A DNA stretch of 64,000 nucleotides. Source: an uncultured Verrucomicrobiota bacterium. Its GTDB lineage: Bacteria > Verrucomicrobiota > Verrucomicrobiia > Limisphaerales > UBA9464. The position numbers and the translations under genes are program-made. The DNA lies in contig CAIXUG010000080.1 in assembly GCA_903922605.1 (NCBI GenBank), positions 7,526 to 71,525 on the forward strand. The letters run 5' to 3'. Positions 40,165-50,272 of this stretch are shown here, in pieces. How positions within the stretch are numbered: the first letter of the stretch is position 1; every line of letters starts with the position of its first letter. The notes beneath the pieces were generated by a model. It saw nothing but the letters and a program-made list of their open reading frames with translations, did no database searches and was not told the DNA's origin.

Positions 40165-40359
40165 TTGCCGGCGGTCCAGAAGCGCAATGGCAAAACTACC
40201 TACCATTGTCCGCGCTGCTCCGAATTCCAGGTGGTTCTGGAAGACTCTTCCGACGCTGACATCGTGGCCTGGCGAGCTTTCTCGAAGCATCGGAAGAGCT
40301 GCTCCACGAAGGCGGACAAACGCGGTTCATCGCCGTTGAAGAAAGCCGCCCGATCCTAA
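40165..40359 (+). CDS. Small hypothetical protein with CxxC...HxxxC motif
   Basis: YHCPRCSEF...SKHRKSC. TTG start, weak support. Confidence 0.3.
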   Translation: MPAVQKRNGKTTYHCPRCSEFQVVLEDSSDADIVAWRAFSKHRKSCSTKADKRGSSPLKKAARS

Positions 40360-40375
40360 GGCAAAAGAAACGCCT

Positions 40376-41395
40376 TCAGAGCAGCCGCGCCTGCCCACCG
40401 GCGAGCGGTTTCAGCCCGAGTTTCTCGTAGCTGCGGGGTGTCGCGACGCGACCCTGCGGGGTACGGTTGAGATAGCCTTCCATGATGAGATAAGGCTCAT
40501 AAACCTCCTCGATCGTGTCCGGCTCCTCCCCAACGGCCACGGCAAGCGAGCTGACACCCACCGGTCCGCCGCCGAACTTCACGATAACCGTTTCCAGGAT
40601 GCGCTTGTCCATCTCGTCGAGGCCGTTCTCGTCGATCTCCAGGATGCCCAGGGCCTTGTCCGCGAGCACGGAGGTGATGCGGCCGTCCCCCCGCACCTCG
40701 GCGTAGTCGCGCACGCGGCGCAGCAGGTTGCCGGCGATGCGCGGCGTGCCCCGGCTGCGGCGCGCAATCTCATGCGCGCCCGGGTCTTCGATGGGGACAT
40801 TGAGCAGACCGGAGGCGCGCAGCAGGATGCGTTGGAGCTGCTCGGTGGTGTAGTAATCCAGCCGTTCGCGGATGCCGAAGCGTGTGAGGAGCGGCGCGCT
40901 CAGCAGGCCGCTGCGCGTGGTAGCGCCGATCAGCGTGAAGCGCGGCAGGTTCAGCCGCACGCTGCGGGCGTTCGGCCCCTGGTCGATGATGATGTCGAGC
41001 TTGAAGTCCTCCATCGCCGGATAGAGGTATTCCTCGACGGTCTTCTGGAGGCGGTGGATCTCGTCGATGAAGAGCACATCGCCCTCCTCCAGATTGGTGA
41101 GCAGGCCGGCCAAATCTGCGGCCTTTTCTATGGTCGGGCCGCTGGTGGCTTTCACGTTGGCCCCCATGGCCTTGGCCAGGATGTTCGCAATGGTCGTCTT
41201 GCCGAGTCCAGGCGGACCACTGAGCAGGATATGGTCAAGCGCCTCGCCCCGGCGCTTGGCGGCTTCGACGGCGATTTCGAGCCGTTCCTTGACCTTGGCC
41301 TGGCCGGTGAAGTCATTGAACGCCGAGGGGCGCAGCGTCTGTTCGAGCGCCGCGTCGGGCTTTGCCAATGTGTCAGTCACCAACCGGTCGGCCAT
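40376..41395 (-). CDS. ruvB: Holliday junction branch migration helicase RuvB
   Basis: [43 protein letters not shown]. Start trimmed to MADRLV. Confidence 0.97.
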   Translation of the reverse strand: MADRLVTDTLAKPDAALEQTLRPSAFNDFTGQAKVKERLEIAVEAAKRRGEALDHILLSGPPGLGKTTIANILAKAMGANVKATSGPTIEKAADLAGLLTNLEEGDVLFIDEIHRLQKTVEEYLYPAMEDFKLDIIIDQGPNARSVRLNLPRFTLIGATTRSGLLSAPLLTRFGIRERLDYYTTEQLQRILLRASGLLNVPIEDPGAHEIARRSRGTPRIAGNLLRRVRDYAEVRGDGRITSVLADKALGILEIDENGLDEMDKRILETVIVKFGGGPVGVSSLAVAVGEEPDTIEEVYEPYLIMEGYLNRTPQGRVATPRSYEKLGLKPLAGGQARLL

Positions 41396-41427
41396 GGGGC
41401 GAGCATGGGAAGCAGGCCCAGAGGGGT

Positions 41428-41515
41428 AAATTACGAATTTCGAGTTTCGAGTTTCGAATGAGCTACCGCAACTTCGCAGCCTCCCCATTCGTCACTCGCA
41501 ACTCGCAACTCGTCG
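41428..41515. repeat. Inverted heptamer arrays
   Basis: acgaatttcgagtttcgagtttcgaat faces attcgtcactcgcaactcgcaactcgt. Confidence 0.65.
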
Positions 41516-44500
41516 CTACTCTGACCGGAGGCGATAGAAGAATGGTCCGGCACCGGTCGCCAGGGCAGGATCGGTGAAACTGTTCACGCCCTGCACCGCT
41601 AGGACGTGCCGTTGCAAAATGGTGAAACCCGCAGCCAGGTCGGCAGTCCGCTCCACCGTGTAGAAACGGCCGGCCGCGCTGAACCACTGAAGCGGCGCGG
41701 AGGCCGGGACGTTCGGAATGAAATGCAGCTTGAACGGGTCGGTGCCGTTCGCGAACTCGGCGGAATTCACCACCCCGTCCCCATCGGGATCGTCATTGCC
41801 GCTGAAGCTCAGGTCGCCAAAGTGCTCCAGCTCCCAGGCGTCGGGCAGGCCATCGCCATCGCTGTCCGCGGTGGCCAGGTTCAGCGTGACCACCTCGTTG
41901 TGCTTCCCGCTGAGGTTGTGCTGGTGCATCAGCAGCAGCTTCACCGTGCCGGCCCCGGCGGCATTCGTCCGGATGAGGTCAAACTTCACTTCCGTGCCCT
42001 CAGCGAAAAATGGCGTGTTGCCGATGCCATACGGCGTGGCATCGATGACCGGCTTCACCGCGTTAAACGTCACCCAGCTGGTCTGGTCGGAATAGTCACC
42101 CTCGGTGACCGCCCGGTAACGGAACGTGGTCAGGCTGGTGGTCAGGCCAAGGTCGGACGCGAAGGCCGAGTGGATGAGCACACCGTTGATGAAGGGCGCC
42201 GTGTCACCCTCGTTGGGATAAAGGGCGTTGTACGGGAACTCCTCGGTCAGGTTGCCACTGGTCAGCGACTCGTCCCGTACCAGCGTCTCCAAACCGCCGT
42301 TGGAGCTGTCATAGGCGTCCACATCGTCGGCGGCAAAAGTGCCGGCGTCACCGTTGATGAGCGTGTAGTCGGCGACCCCGTCGTTATCCAGGTCGATCTC
42401 GATGTCGTAGTTGTTGACCGCCCGCTGCGGCGTCTGCCATTTGCCGGCCACCGCGATGCCGAAGTAGAGGATCGTTTTTCTGATGCCGCCGGCCTGTGAA
42501 AAGTCGCTCGCGGCACCCACGGCGAGAATGTCCGTGGCGGCCCGGTCATCCGTAAACGACTGGGAGGCATCGGTGGTACCCAGTTGGAAGACCGAAACCA
42601 GTGGGTGCGTCTCACCGGTCGTGCCCCGGGTCGCGATGGTCAGGGGCACGGAATTGCCCGCCGGCACGCCAAAGCTGACGACCGTCGCGGCAAACTGCGA
42701 GGCGGACCGGGCAATGATGTGCCAGGGCACATGGATCGGCACCGTCCCGCCCGTCAGCCATACTTCGCCGCTGGACTCGGGCAGCTGGGGCCGGGGAATC
42801 CCGGCCTCATCGACCGGCGAGCTCAGGTCCTTCACGTGGGTGAATTGCGCCGGATCGGCGTCCAGCCGGACGTCAAAACTGGTGGAGCCGTTGGCGGGCA
42901 CGGTGACCGTCTGGCTCAACGGCGTCAGCGTGACTCCGGTGTCCACCACCGTGTTGCTCACGCTGACCGTGAACGTGACGGCGGCGGTACCGTGGTTCAC
43001 CACCTGCAAGGTACGCTGCTTGGAATAGGGCGCCGCCAGCTCCACCGCACCGAACGAGAGCGAAATGTCACCGTCGCCGGTATCCGCCTTGACGATTGCC
43101 GTGGTCGTGGTCGCCAGGTTCACCTGCACGCGCCCGGCACCGGTGCGCGACTCGGGATAGGGATTGCCGTCGGCATCATGGGTGGCGATGGCGGTGTTCA
43201 TGATGGCGGCCTTGATGTCTTCCGTCGGCCAAGTGGGATGGGCCTGTTTCACCAAGGCGGCGGTGCCCGAAATGTGGGGCGCCGCCATCGAGGTGCCGCT
43301 GAAGGTGGCCGAATCCGAGCCGGAACCGGCCTTCACCGAGGTGATGCTGGAGCCGGGAGCCGCCACGTCGGGCTTGAGCCGGTCGGTGAGCAGGTTTGGT
43401 CCGCGAGAGCTGCTGTCATCCAGCCGGTCGGCAAATTCCGGATGCTTGATGACCACCGAGGCCGACAGCTTCAGGGACAGCCCCTGCCCGAGCTTCGCCT
43501 TGAGGAGATCGCCATCGGCCTTCGAAATCATCACGCCGGGGATGGTGATGCCCGTGCCATCTCCACCCATGACGATCGGCGTCTCAACCTTGTTATCCAC
43601 CATGAGCACCCCGATGGCACCCGCCTGTTGGGCAAGGAGGATCTTGGCGGAGAAATTGCACGTGCCACGGTCGATCAGGGCGATCTTTCCGGCCAGGGCG
43701 GCGGCATTGTCGAGCATGTCCGCGCACGCATCGGCCGGTTCGGTGGCGACCACCAGGCCAGTCGTGTCGCCCACCGTGGCGAGGGGAGCGGTGATGTCCC
43801 CCTCGACCGCCGCGTAGGTACCGGCGACCTCCGCCGGTGCGGTCACCTGGATGCCCAGGCTGGTGATGCCGTTGTCCATGGAGTTGGCCACGGTAATGGC
43901 CCGGACCGCCACTCCCGGACTGCCCATGATGTAATGGGTGTTGCCATCGTTGCCGGCGGAAATCGATACGACACAGCCGAGCTGGGCCAGCGTGTTGACG
44001 GCTTCCAGCTCCGTATCGGACGGGTCATCAAACCCCCAGCCGCTGCCCAGGGACAGGTTTGCGACATCCAGATGATCCGAGAAGTCACCGTCGCTGTTGG
44101 GGTCCGTGGCCCAGTCCAGACCGTCCACCACCGCGTCGGTCGAGCCGCCTTTGCCGAAGATTTTCAGGGCGTACAGCTTCGCGCCCGGAGCGACCCCCGG
44201 CCCGATCTTGAACTGCGTGAAATCCACCGTGTCGTTGTAAGCGCCCCCGTAGGTCTTGCCGTCCTTCGTCACGCCCAGGCCGGCGGCAATGCCCGCAACG
44301 TGGCTCCCGTGGCCGTTTTCCTGGGTGTCGAGCGGATCAGGATCAGGCACCGGCGTGGTCGAGCCGGTGTCTCCACCGGCATCGTAATCATCGCCCACGA
44401 AGTCGGTCCCGCCGACCACCTTGGCCGTGGGAAACGTGCCCGGCTCGATCACGGTGGAATCGTTGGCGGTGAAGTCGCTGACCTTCCCGCTCCCGCCGAA

Positions 44501-44986
44501 ATCGGCATGGAGATAGTCGATACCCGAGTCGATGATGCCGATCCGCATGCCCGTGCCCGTCAGCCCGCCCGCCGAAGCCCAGGCCGCCGGCGCGCCGATC
44601 CACGGGACGCTCGTTTCCAGCTGGGGACGGTAAAGATGCGCCTTCTGCACGCGCCGGACCCCGGGAATTGCCGCCAGATCCGCGATCCGCGACTCGGGAA
44701 TGCGCACCCGGATCGCGTTCACCACCCGGACGAAACGCCCTGTGATCTCACCACCCGCCGCGATGATGGCAGGCTCCAGTTCTGCCTGCCGGGCCTGCGC
44801 CTGGGCCAGCCGTTGCGCCGGCGTGGTGACCACGCTTGCCGGCAGCGGTTTGGCCGATTCTTGGAGGCTTTGCTGCACCAACGACGGCCCCTCGAGCTGG
44901 ACGAACACGGAGACGGTTTTCTCGGCCCGGACGACGGAGAGGCACAGGACGGCGAGCAACAGCGATGACAATGTTTTGAGTTGCAT
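41516..44986 (-). CDS. Secreted S8 subtilisin-family serine peptidase (I9 propeptide, PA domain, Fn3-like domain, Ca-binding DxDGDG repeat)
   Basis: Catalytic triad motifs IGIIDSGIDY, GHGSHVAGI, SGTSMAAPH. PA domain GKIALIDRGTC.F. Also DSDGDGLPDAWE and a signal peptide. Confidence 0.93.
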   Translation of the reverse strand: MQLKTLSSLLLAVLCLSVVRAEKTVSVFVQLEGPSLVQQSLQESAKPLPASVVTTPAQRLAQAQARQAELEPAIIAAGGEITGRFVRVVNAIRVRIPESRIADLAAIPGVRRVQKAHLYRPQLETSVPWIGAPAAWASAGGLTGTGMRIGIIDSGIDYLHADFGGSGKVSDFTANDSTVIEPGTFPTAKVVGGTDFVGDDYDAGGDTGSTTPVPDPDPLDTQENGHGSHVAGIAAGLGVTKDGKTYGGAYNDTVDFTQFKIGPGVAPGAKLYALKIFGKGGSTDAVVDGLDWATDPNSDGDFSDHLDVANLSLGSGWGFDDPSDTELEAVNTLAQLGCVVSISAGNDGNTHYIMGSPGVAVRAITVANSMDNGITSLGIQVTAPAEVAGTYAAVEGDITAPLATVGDTTGLVVATEPADACADMLDNAAALAGKIALIDRGTCNFSAKILLAQQAGAIGVLMVDNKVETPIVMGGDGTGITIPGVMISKADGDLLKAKLGQGLSLKLSASVVIKHPEFADRLDDSSSRGPNLLTDRLKPDVAAPGSSITSVKAGSGSDSATFSGTSMAAPHISGTAALVKQAHPTWPTEDIKAAIMNTAIATHDADGNPYPESRTGAGRVQVNLATTTTAIVKADTGDGDISLSFGAVELAAPYSKQRTLQVVNHGTAAVTFTVSVSNTVVDTGVTLTPLSQTVTVPANGSTSFDVRLDADPAQFTHVKDLSSPVDEAGIPRPQLPESSGEVWLTGGTVPIHVPWHIIARSASQFAATVVSFGVPAGNSVPLTIATRGTTGETHPLVSVFQLGTTDASQSFTDDRAATDILAVGAASDFSQAGGIRKTILYFGIAVAGKWQTPQRAVNNYDIEIDLDNDGVADYTLINGDAGTFAADDVDAYDSSNGGLETLVRDESLTSGNLTEEFPYNALYPNEGDTAPFINGVLIHSAFASDLGLTTSLTTFRYRAVTEGDYSDQTSWVTFNAVKPVIDATPYGIGNTPFFAEGTEVKFDLIRTNAAGAGTVKLLLMHQHNLSGKHNEVVTLNLATADSDGDGLPDAWELEHFGDLSFSGNDDPDGDGVVNSAEFANGTDPFKLHFIPNVPASAPLQWFSAAGRFYTVERTADLAAGFTILQRHVLAVQGVNSFTDPALATGAGPFFYRLRSE

Positions 44987-45423
44987 GAGGTCAGCGGAGG
45001 CAAATTGACAGCTAACCAATGGACTAGCACGCGAGTCGTTCTCCCGACAGGAAAAAGCGTTGGTCCCAAGGAAGCATCAGCCGAGTGTCTCTACGCCTGC
45101 CAAAGGGCCGGCACAAGGCGCTTCGGTCCCGTCCGACCAAAGCGTCCGAAACCACCCGCTTACGGGAGCAGCCGGTAACAGCGCCGGGGCAGATCCAGCG
45201 CGGCCAGCACCTGGAACCGGAAGTCGCCGGCGGCATCCGTGCGACGTCATATCCGGTGAGGGCTGCACCTGATGCGCCGTCGGTGGCTGGCCTTGGAGGT
45301 GGAGCTGATTTAACGCCGTTCTTTCCTGTTTTCCTGCGTTCAAAATTCACCCCTTTCCCTCCTTCGCCTTGCTTGTGCGCCGGAGCATGACGATGATCGC
45401 CGGCGCATCTTTACTCCTTCACC

Positions 45424-46155
45424 ATGAACACAATCACCCGTCGTGATGCCCTCAAATCGGCCGGCATTCTGACCGCCGGCTTTTTCCTCAGCACCTCCAT
45501 CACCCGGGCGCTGGCCCAGGCCGCTGCGCCGGCACCGACCGGGCCGCACAGGCTGCCCGCCCTGCCCTACGGCTTCGACGCGCTTGAGCCGCACTTCGAC
45601 GCCAAGACGATGGAAATCCATCACGACAAGCATCACGCCGCCTACGTGACCAACCTCAACAAGGCGCTGGCCGATTATCCCGATCTGCAAAAGCTGAGCG
45701 TCGAGGAGCTGATCAAGGATCTCGACAAGGTGCCGGAGAAGATCCGCACCGCCGTCCGGAACCAGGGTGGCGGCCACTTCAACCACTCCCTCTTCTGGCA
45801 GTGCCTGCGCAAGGACAGCGATCCGCTTTCCGACGGTCCGCTCGCGGAGGCGATGGGTGAGCTGTTCGAGAACAAGGAGGAGGGCGAACGCATCTTCCTC
45901 GAAAAATCGCTCGCCGTCTTCGGCAGCGGCTGGGTCTGGATCAGCCTCACGAAGGACAAGAAGCTCCAGCTCGAGACCACGCCCAACCAGGATTCCCCAC
46001 TCATGTTTGGCCGGCAGCCGCTCATCGGCCTCGACGTGTGGGAGCACGCCTACTACCTGAAATACCAGAACCGCCGCGCCGACTACGTGAAGGCGTTCTA
46101 CAACCTGGTGAACTGGGACTTTGTCTCGAAGCGTTACGAGAAGCTGACGGCCTGA
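45424..46155 (+). CDS. sodA: Mn/Fe superoxide dismutase with Tat signal peptide
   Basis: TRRDALK, LPALPY..DALEP, HHDKHH, NQGGGHFNH, FGSGWVW, DVWEHAYYLKYQN. Confidence 0.9.
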   Translation: MNTITRRDALKSAGILTAGFFLSTSITRALAQAAAPAPTGPHRLPALPYGFDALEPHFDAKTMEIHHDKHHAAYVTNLNKALADYPDLQKLSVEELIKDLDKVPEKIRTAVRNQGGGHFNHSLFWQCLRKDSDPLSDGPLAEAMGELFENKEEGERIFLEKSLAVFGSGWVWISLTKDKKLQLETTPNQDSPLMFGRQPLIGLDVWEHAYYLKYQNRRADYVKAFYNLVNWDFVSKRYEKLTA

Positions 46156-46186
46156 GCGGCTGCCATCGATTCTCATCACTTTCAGT

Positions 46187-46215
46187 CAGGGCCGGTGCTC
46201 AACGCGCCGGCCCTG
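46187..46215. terminator. GC-rich hairpin between converging sod and argA
   Basis: cagggccggtgc...gcgccggccctg stem. No strong U-tract. Confidence 0.4.
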
Positions 46216-46284
46216 CCATTCTTATCGCGGGCATCTCCGGCCTCTCCTGTCTCCGCGCACCGCGCCTCCTGACTCCGGTCTCCT

Positions 46285-47565
46285 TCAGCGCAGCTTTTTC
46301 ACCAGCACCTTGGAGTTGCGACCGCTGGCGTCATAACGCTCGCGGCGCAACGGCGGCAGGTCATCCGCCCCGCCCTCGGAGAAGCCGGCCTTGCTCTGGA
46401 ACCAGGTGAACGCCTGCGTGGAGAGCGTCACCAGCTCCGCCAGGCCCAGTTCGCGGGCCTTGCTCTCGACGAACTGGACCAGCTTGCGGCCGATGCCCTG
46501 ATTCTCATGGGCGGGATTGACGAAGAGGAATGCCAGCTCGCCCTTGCTCTGCTCCGGATAGACATGCAGCGCGACACAGGCGACCGGGTTGCGATCGATC
46601 TCGAAGAGGTAGTAGTCGCCGATCTGCTTTTCGATGGCGGTGCGGGTGCGCTTCACCAGCTCGGCGTTGGCCACGGAATCCTTCGTGAGCAGCATCAGGC
46701 TGCGGATGTCCTTCTTCAGCGCCCGGCGTATCTGCTGGTACTCGTTGGCATAGACCATCGTGCCCACGCCGTCGTTGGAGAAGACCTCCGCGAGCAGCCC
46801 CTCGTCCACCCGGCCGTTGATGACGTGCGCCCGGGGCACGCCGGCCTCGCAGGCGGAGACGGCAAAACGCGCCTTGGACAGCACTTCCGGCGCAAAGTCG
46901 GCCGGGTTCTGGGCAATCAACTGTTTCAGGTCCGTGACAGCAATCTGCCGCAACAGTTTTCCCAGCCGGAAGATGCCTTCGCCGGGGGTGACAAAAATCA
47001 GCTTGGTGGCCCGTAGCTGCTCCGCCAGTTCGGCGGCGATGGCGTCGGAATTCACCCGGTAGGTCTTGCCGTCGCCATCAAAGCCGAGCGGCGGCACCAC
47101 CGGTACGATGCCCTGGCTCAGCAGGGACTGCAGGAACTCCACATCCACCCGCTCCACCTTGCCGGTGAACTGGTGGTCCACGCCGCCGATGATGCCGAGC
47201 GGATGGGCGACGATGGCGTTGGTCGAGACGGCGCGCAGGTCGTTGGTGGCCAGCCCTTCGAGAATCTCGTGCGTGAGCCGGTTCGCGGCCGTCAGGGCCA
47301 GCTTCAGCGTTTCGGCGTCGGTGATGCCCGTGCCGTCCAGGTTCGTCGGCGGCACACCGCGCTCGGCCCCCAGCGCACGGATCTGCTCCGCCGCGCCATG
47401 CACCAGCACGATGCGGATGCTCAGAGAGCGCAGGACCGCGAGGTCGAGCAGCAGGTTGGGGAAGTTGTCATCCGTGACGATGGCGCCATCGATGGCAACC
47501 ACGAAGATTTTCTCCCGAAAGCGTGGGATGTAGCGGAGGATTCCGCGGAGGTCAGTAGGCTTCAC
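46285..47565 (-). CDS. argA: Amino-acid (N-acetylglutamate) acetyltransferase
   Basis: AAK-like N-terminal domain (IVLVHGA, GITD, TGKVERVD) plus C-terminal GNAT domain (GIGRKLV, LSTQAFTWF, YDASGRNSKV). Confidence 0.9.
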   Translation of the reverse strand: MKPTDLRGILRYIPRFREKIFVVAIDGAIVTDDNFPNLLLDLAVLRSLSIRIVLVHGAAEQIRALGAERGVPPTNLDGTGITDAETLKLALTAANRLTHEILEGLATNDLRAVSTNAIVAHPLGIIGGVDHQFTGKVERVDVEFLQSLLSQGIVPVVPPLGFDGDGKTYRVNSDAIAAELAEQLRATKLIFVTPGEGIFRLGKLLRQIAVTDLKQLIAQNPADFAPEVLSKARFAVSACEAGVPRAHVINGRVDEGLLAEVFSNDGVGTMVYANEYQQIRRALKKDIRSLMLLTKDSVANAELVKRTRTAIEKQIGDYYLFEIDRNPVACVALHVYPEQSKGELAFLFVNPAHENQGIGRKLVQFVESKARELGLAELVTLSTQAFTWFQSKAGFSEGGADDLPPLRRERYDASGRNSKVLVKKLR

Positions 47566-47663
47566 TTCAGGCTTTGCTTAAACACACCGGCGCGAAGTGG
47601 TAGAGTGCGCCGCGCCCGTTGCAACGCCGAACTTTCGTTTGGCCGAAAAATCTAAGCAACGCC

Positions 47664-48392
47664 TCACCTGTTGTCGTCCCGGCTGCGGGCGATCAAAATC
47701 CACTTCAGCAGCTCCAGCAGGGAGGTCGCCAGGGCGGCCACATAGGTCAGCGCGGCGGCATTGAGCACGTTTTGCACCCCGCCAAGCTCCTGGTCGCTGA
47801 CAATGCCCAGTCGTCCGAGTTGCACTTTCGCCCGGCTGCTGGCGTCATATTCCACCGGCAGGGTGACGAGTTGGAAAAAGGCCACCAACGAAAACAGCCC
47901 GATCCCACCCCACATGAACAGGCTGCCCAATCCCAGAAGCCCCTTCATGGAGCTCAGGAACAGACCGACAATCAGAATCACCGAGGACATCGTGCTCGCG
48001 ATCCCCGTGACGGACACCAGCGCCATGCGCAACCCCAGCGGTCCGTAAGCTTCCTTGTGCTGCAACGCATGGCCCACCTCGTGGGCGGCGACCCCGACAG
48101 CGGCGACGCTGTTGCCGCGGTAGATGTCCGTGGACAGAAAAACCGTGTGCTTGGTCGGATCGTAATGGTCGGTCAGCCGCCCCTCGACCTCTTCGATGCC
48201 GACACTGGAGAGCCCGTTGCGGTCCAGAATCTCTCGGGCCGTCTCGGCGCCGGTGTAGCCGCTCGCGGTGCCGATCTGGGAGTATTCAGAATAAGTCGAA
48301 CTGAGGCGGAACTGAGCCCACATCGCCAGCAAAGCGCCGGGGATGACGACCCACCAATACGGCAGATAGAAAAAGAAAAACGAAAGCATCAT
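47664..48392 (-). CDS. YugP-like neutral zinc metallopeptidase (membrane)
   Basis: TGAETAREIL, LTDHYDP, AAHEVGHALQH, TLPVEYDASSRA, AAALTYVAA. Confidence 0.92.
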   Translation of the reverse strand: MMLSFFFFYLPYWWVVIPGALLAMWAQFRLSSTYSEYSQIGTASGYTGAETAREILDRNGLSSVGIEEVEGRLTDHYDPTKHTVFLSTDIYRGNSVAAVGVAAHEVGHALQHKEAYGPLGLRMALVSVTGIASTMSSVILIVGLFLSSMKGLLGLGSLFMWGGIGLFSLVAFFQLVTLPVEYDASSRAKVQLGRLGIVSDQELGGVQNVLNAAALTYVAALATSLLELLKWILIARSRDDNR

Positions 48393-48498
48393 AAGCCTGA
48401 GTCACGACACGCTGAAGTACCGGACGACTTGAGAATTAGGCGAGGAATCTGAAGATGGCAAATAGACGGACGGGGCAGATTTCCACCCGCCATGGCGC

Positions 48499-49629
48499 TC
48501 AGACCTCGAGCACCTTTTCAAACTGGGTCAGATTATGGGGCGGACCGTGGGTGACGAGCGCCACATCCTCCAGCCGCACTCCGCCGGTTTCAGGGTAATA
48601 GAGGCCGGGTTCGATGGTCACCACGTGTCCGGCCTGCAGCACGGAATCGCTGGTGCCGCTGAGGCGCGGCAGCTCGTGCAGCTCCAGGCCGATGCCATGC
48701 CCGGTGCTATGGAAAAAGCCCGTGTGCCGGCCTCCGGCCTTGCGGGTGCGAAAACCCAGCGCCCGCAGGTGGCTTTCGGCCGCCGCATGCACCTCGGCGG
48801 CCGGAGTTCCATCACGCAGCAACGCAAAGGCCGCCTCCTGCGCACCCCGGACGGCCGCATATTGACGGCGCAGGGCATCGCTGGCGCGCCCACGGACGAC
48901 TGTCCGCGTGATGTCGCCAAAGTAGCCCGTGCGGATGGAACGGGGGAAAATGTCGATGACGATCGGCTGATTGGCCATCAACGGTCCGCTGCCGCGCTCA
49001 TGGGGATCGCAACCCTGCGCCCCGCAGGCCACGATGGTGTTGGCCGGCAGCCCGCCCGCCCGCAAGACGGCGCAGTCGATCACCGAGCGCAGGCGCTCAC
49101 TCGTCAGTACCACGCCGTTCAGGGTGAGCTGATTGTCCTTTCCGATCTTGGACTTCCGCAACGCCTGCAGACCCTCGGCCATGCCCACCTCGGCCATGAC
49201 CAGGGCCGCCGAAATCATCTTCACCTCGGCCGCCTGCTTGAGCTCGCGCTCCGGCAGGAACGAACCCTCGCGCAGCTTCACCTTGAGGCCCAGTTTGCGC
49301 AGCCGCCGCGCCAGCCCGAACGGAAACCGCGCCGGGACAACCACCTTCTTCACCGACAGCTCGCGGCAGAGGCGGGCGGCGATGTCCGCCAAGGTCGGCT
49401 GCTCGGCACCGTCCAGCACCGCCTTCTTCCGCAACTGGCTGAGCGAATGCACCCGGCTGATGCAGGAATGCTTGCGCGCCCGGTCGATCTCCAGCTCGCT
49501 GAACACGCCGTGGGAACTGGTGGCGGTCTGCAGCCAGATGAACGGATCGGTGGCGTGAAAGCCCGTCGCGTAACGCAGGTCGGCGTCACGGTCCGAATCC
49601 GCGATAAGCAGGAGGTTCTCGGGTTTCAT
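48499..49629 (-). CDS. Xaa-Pro aminopeptidase (M24 family)
   Basis: DPH, IDIFPR, GDITRT, HSTGHGIGLELHELP, TIEPGLY, GVRLED. Confidence 0.92.
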   Translation of the reverse strand: MKPENLLLIADSDRDADLRYATGFHATDPFIWLQTATSSHGVFSELEIDRARKHSCISRVHSLSQLRKKAVLDGAEQPTLADIAARLCRELSVKKVVVPARFPFGLARRLRKLGLKVKLREGSFLPERELKQAAEVKMISAALVMAEVGMAEGLQALRKSKIGKDNQLTLNGVVLTSERLRSVIDCAVLRAGGLPANTIVACGAQGCDPHERGSGPLMANQPIVIDIFPRSIRTGYFGDITRTVVRGRASDALRRQYAAVRGAQEAAFALLRDGTPAAEVHAAAESHLRALGFRTRKAGGRHTGFFHSTGHGIGLELHELPRLSGTSDSVLQAGHVVTIEPGLYYPETGGVRLEDVALVTHGPPHNLTQFEKVLEV

Positions 49630-49647
49630 CCGGGCGTAATCGTTTGT

Positions 49648-50271
49648 CTAAACCCCGAAAGCACGGTCCCCGGCATCACCCAGGCCTGGTATGATGTATG
49701 CCTTCGAATTGAGCTTGGTGTCCAGGGCTGCCGTGAATACCCGCACCGTCGGATACGCCTTCAGGACGGTCGCCACGCCGGGCGGTGCTGAAACCAGTGT
49801 CACCAGCCGCAGTTCGCGCGCCCCCCGCTGCCACAGAAGATTAAGGGTCGCCACGGCGCTGCCTCCGGTCGCCAGCATCGGGTCCAGCACGATGACTTCC
49901 AGCCCCTTCAGATCATCCGGCAGGCTGGACGAATAAGTGTGCGCCTGGTGGGTCACCGCGTCGCGCTTCACGCCCACAAAGCCGACCTTGGCCGTCGGCA
50001 TCACGCGTTGGAAGGCATCGAGAAACGCCAGGCCCGCCCGCAGGATGGGTATTAGGATGAGCTCACGCTTCAGCACCACACCGGGAGCCATGGCCAGCGG
50101 TGTCCTCACGCGCATCTTCTTGGACGCCAGCTCCCGGGTCACGTCGGCGATCATCAGCGTCGCGGCCTGGTCGAGCAGGCGGCGAAACTCGGGGACGAGC
50201 GTCGTCTCGTCGCGCAGCCGTGTGACCGTGGCGGCCAGCAACGGATGGTCGATGATCGTGAGACCTTGCAT
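49648..50271 (-). CDS. upp: Uracil phosphoribosyltransferase
   Basis: PILRAG, LDPMLATGGS, YIIPGLGDAGDR. Confidence 0.96.
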   Translation of the reverse strand: MQGLTIIDHPLLAATVTRLRDETTLVPEFRRLLDQAATLMIADVTRELASKKMRVRTPLAMAPGVVLKRELILIPILRAGLAFLDAFQRVMPTAKVGFVGVKRDAVTHQAHTYSSSLPDDLKGLEVIVLDPMLATGGSAVATLNLLWQRGARELRLVTLVSAPPGVATVLKAYPTVRVFTAALDTKLNSKAYIIPGLGDAGDRAFGV

Positions 50272-50272
50272 G

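Noticed and set aside
45020-45420. Riboswitch or small gene between the S8 protease and sod
   Set aside because: No recognisable aptamer consensus, and the short ORFs lack coding features.
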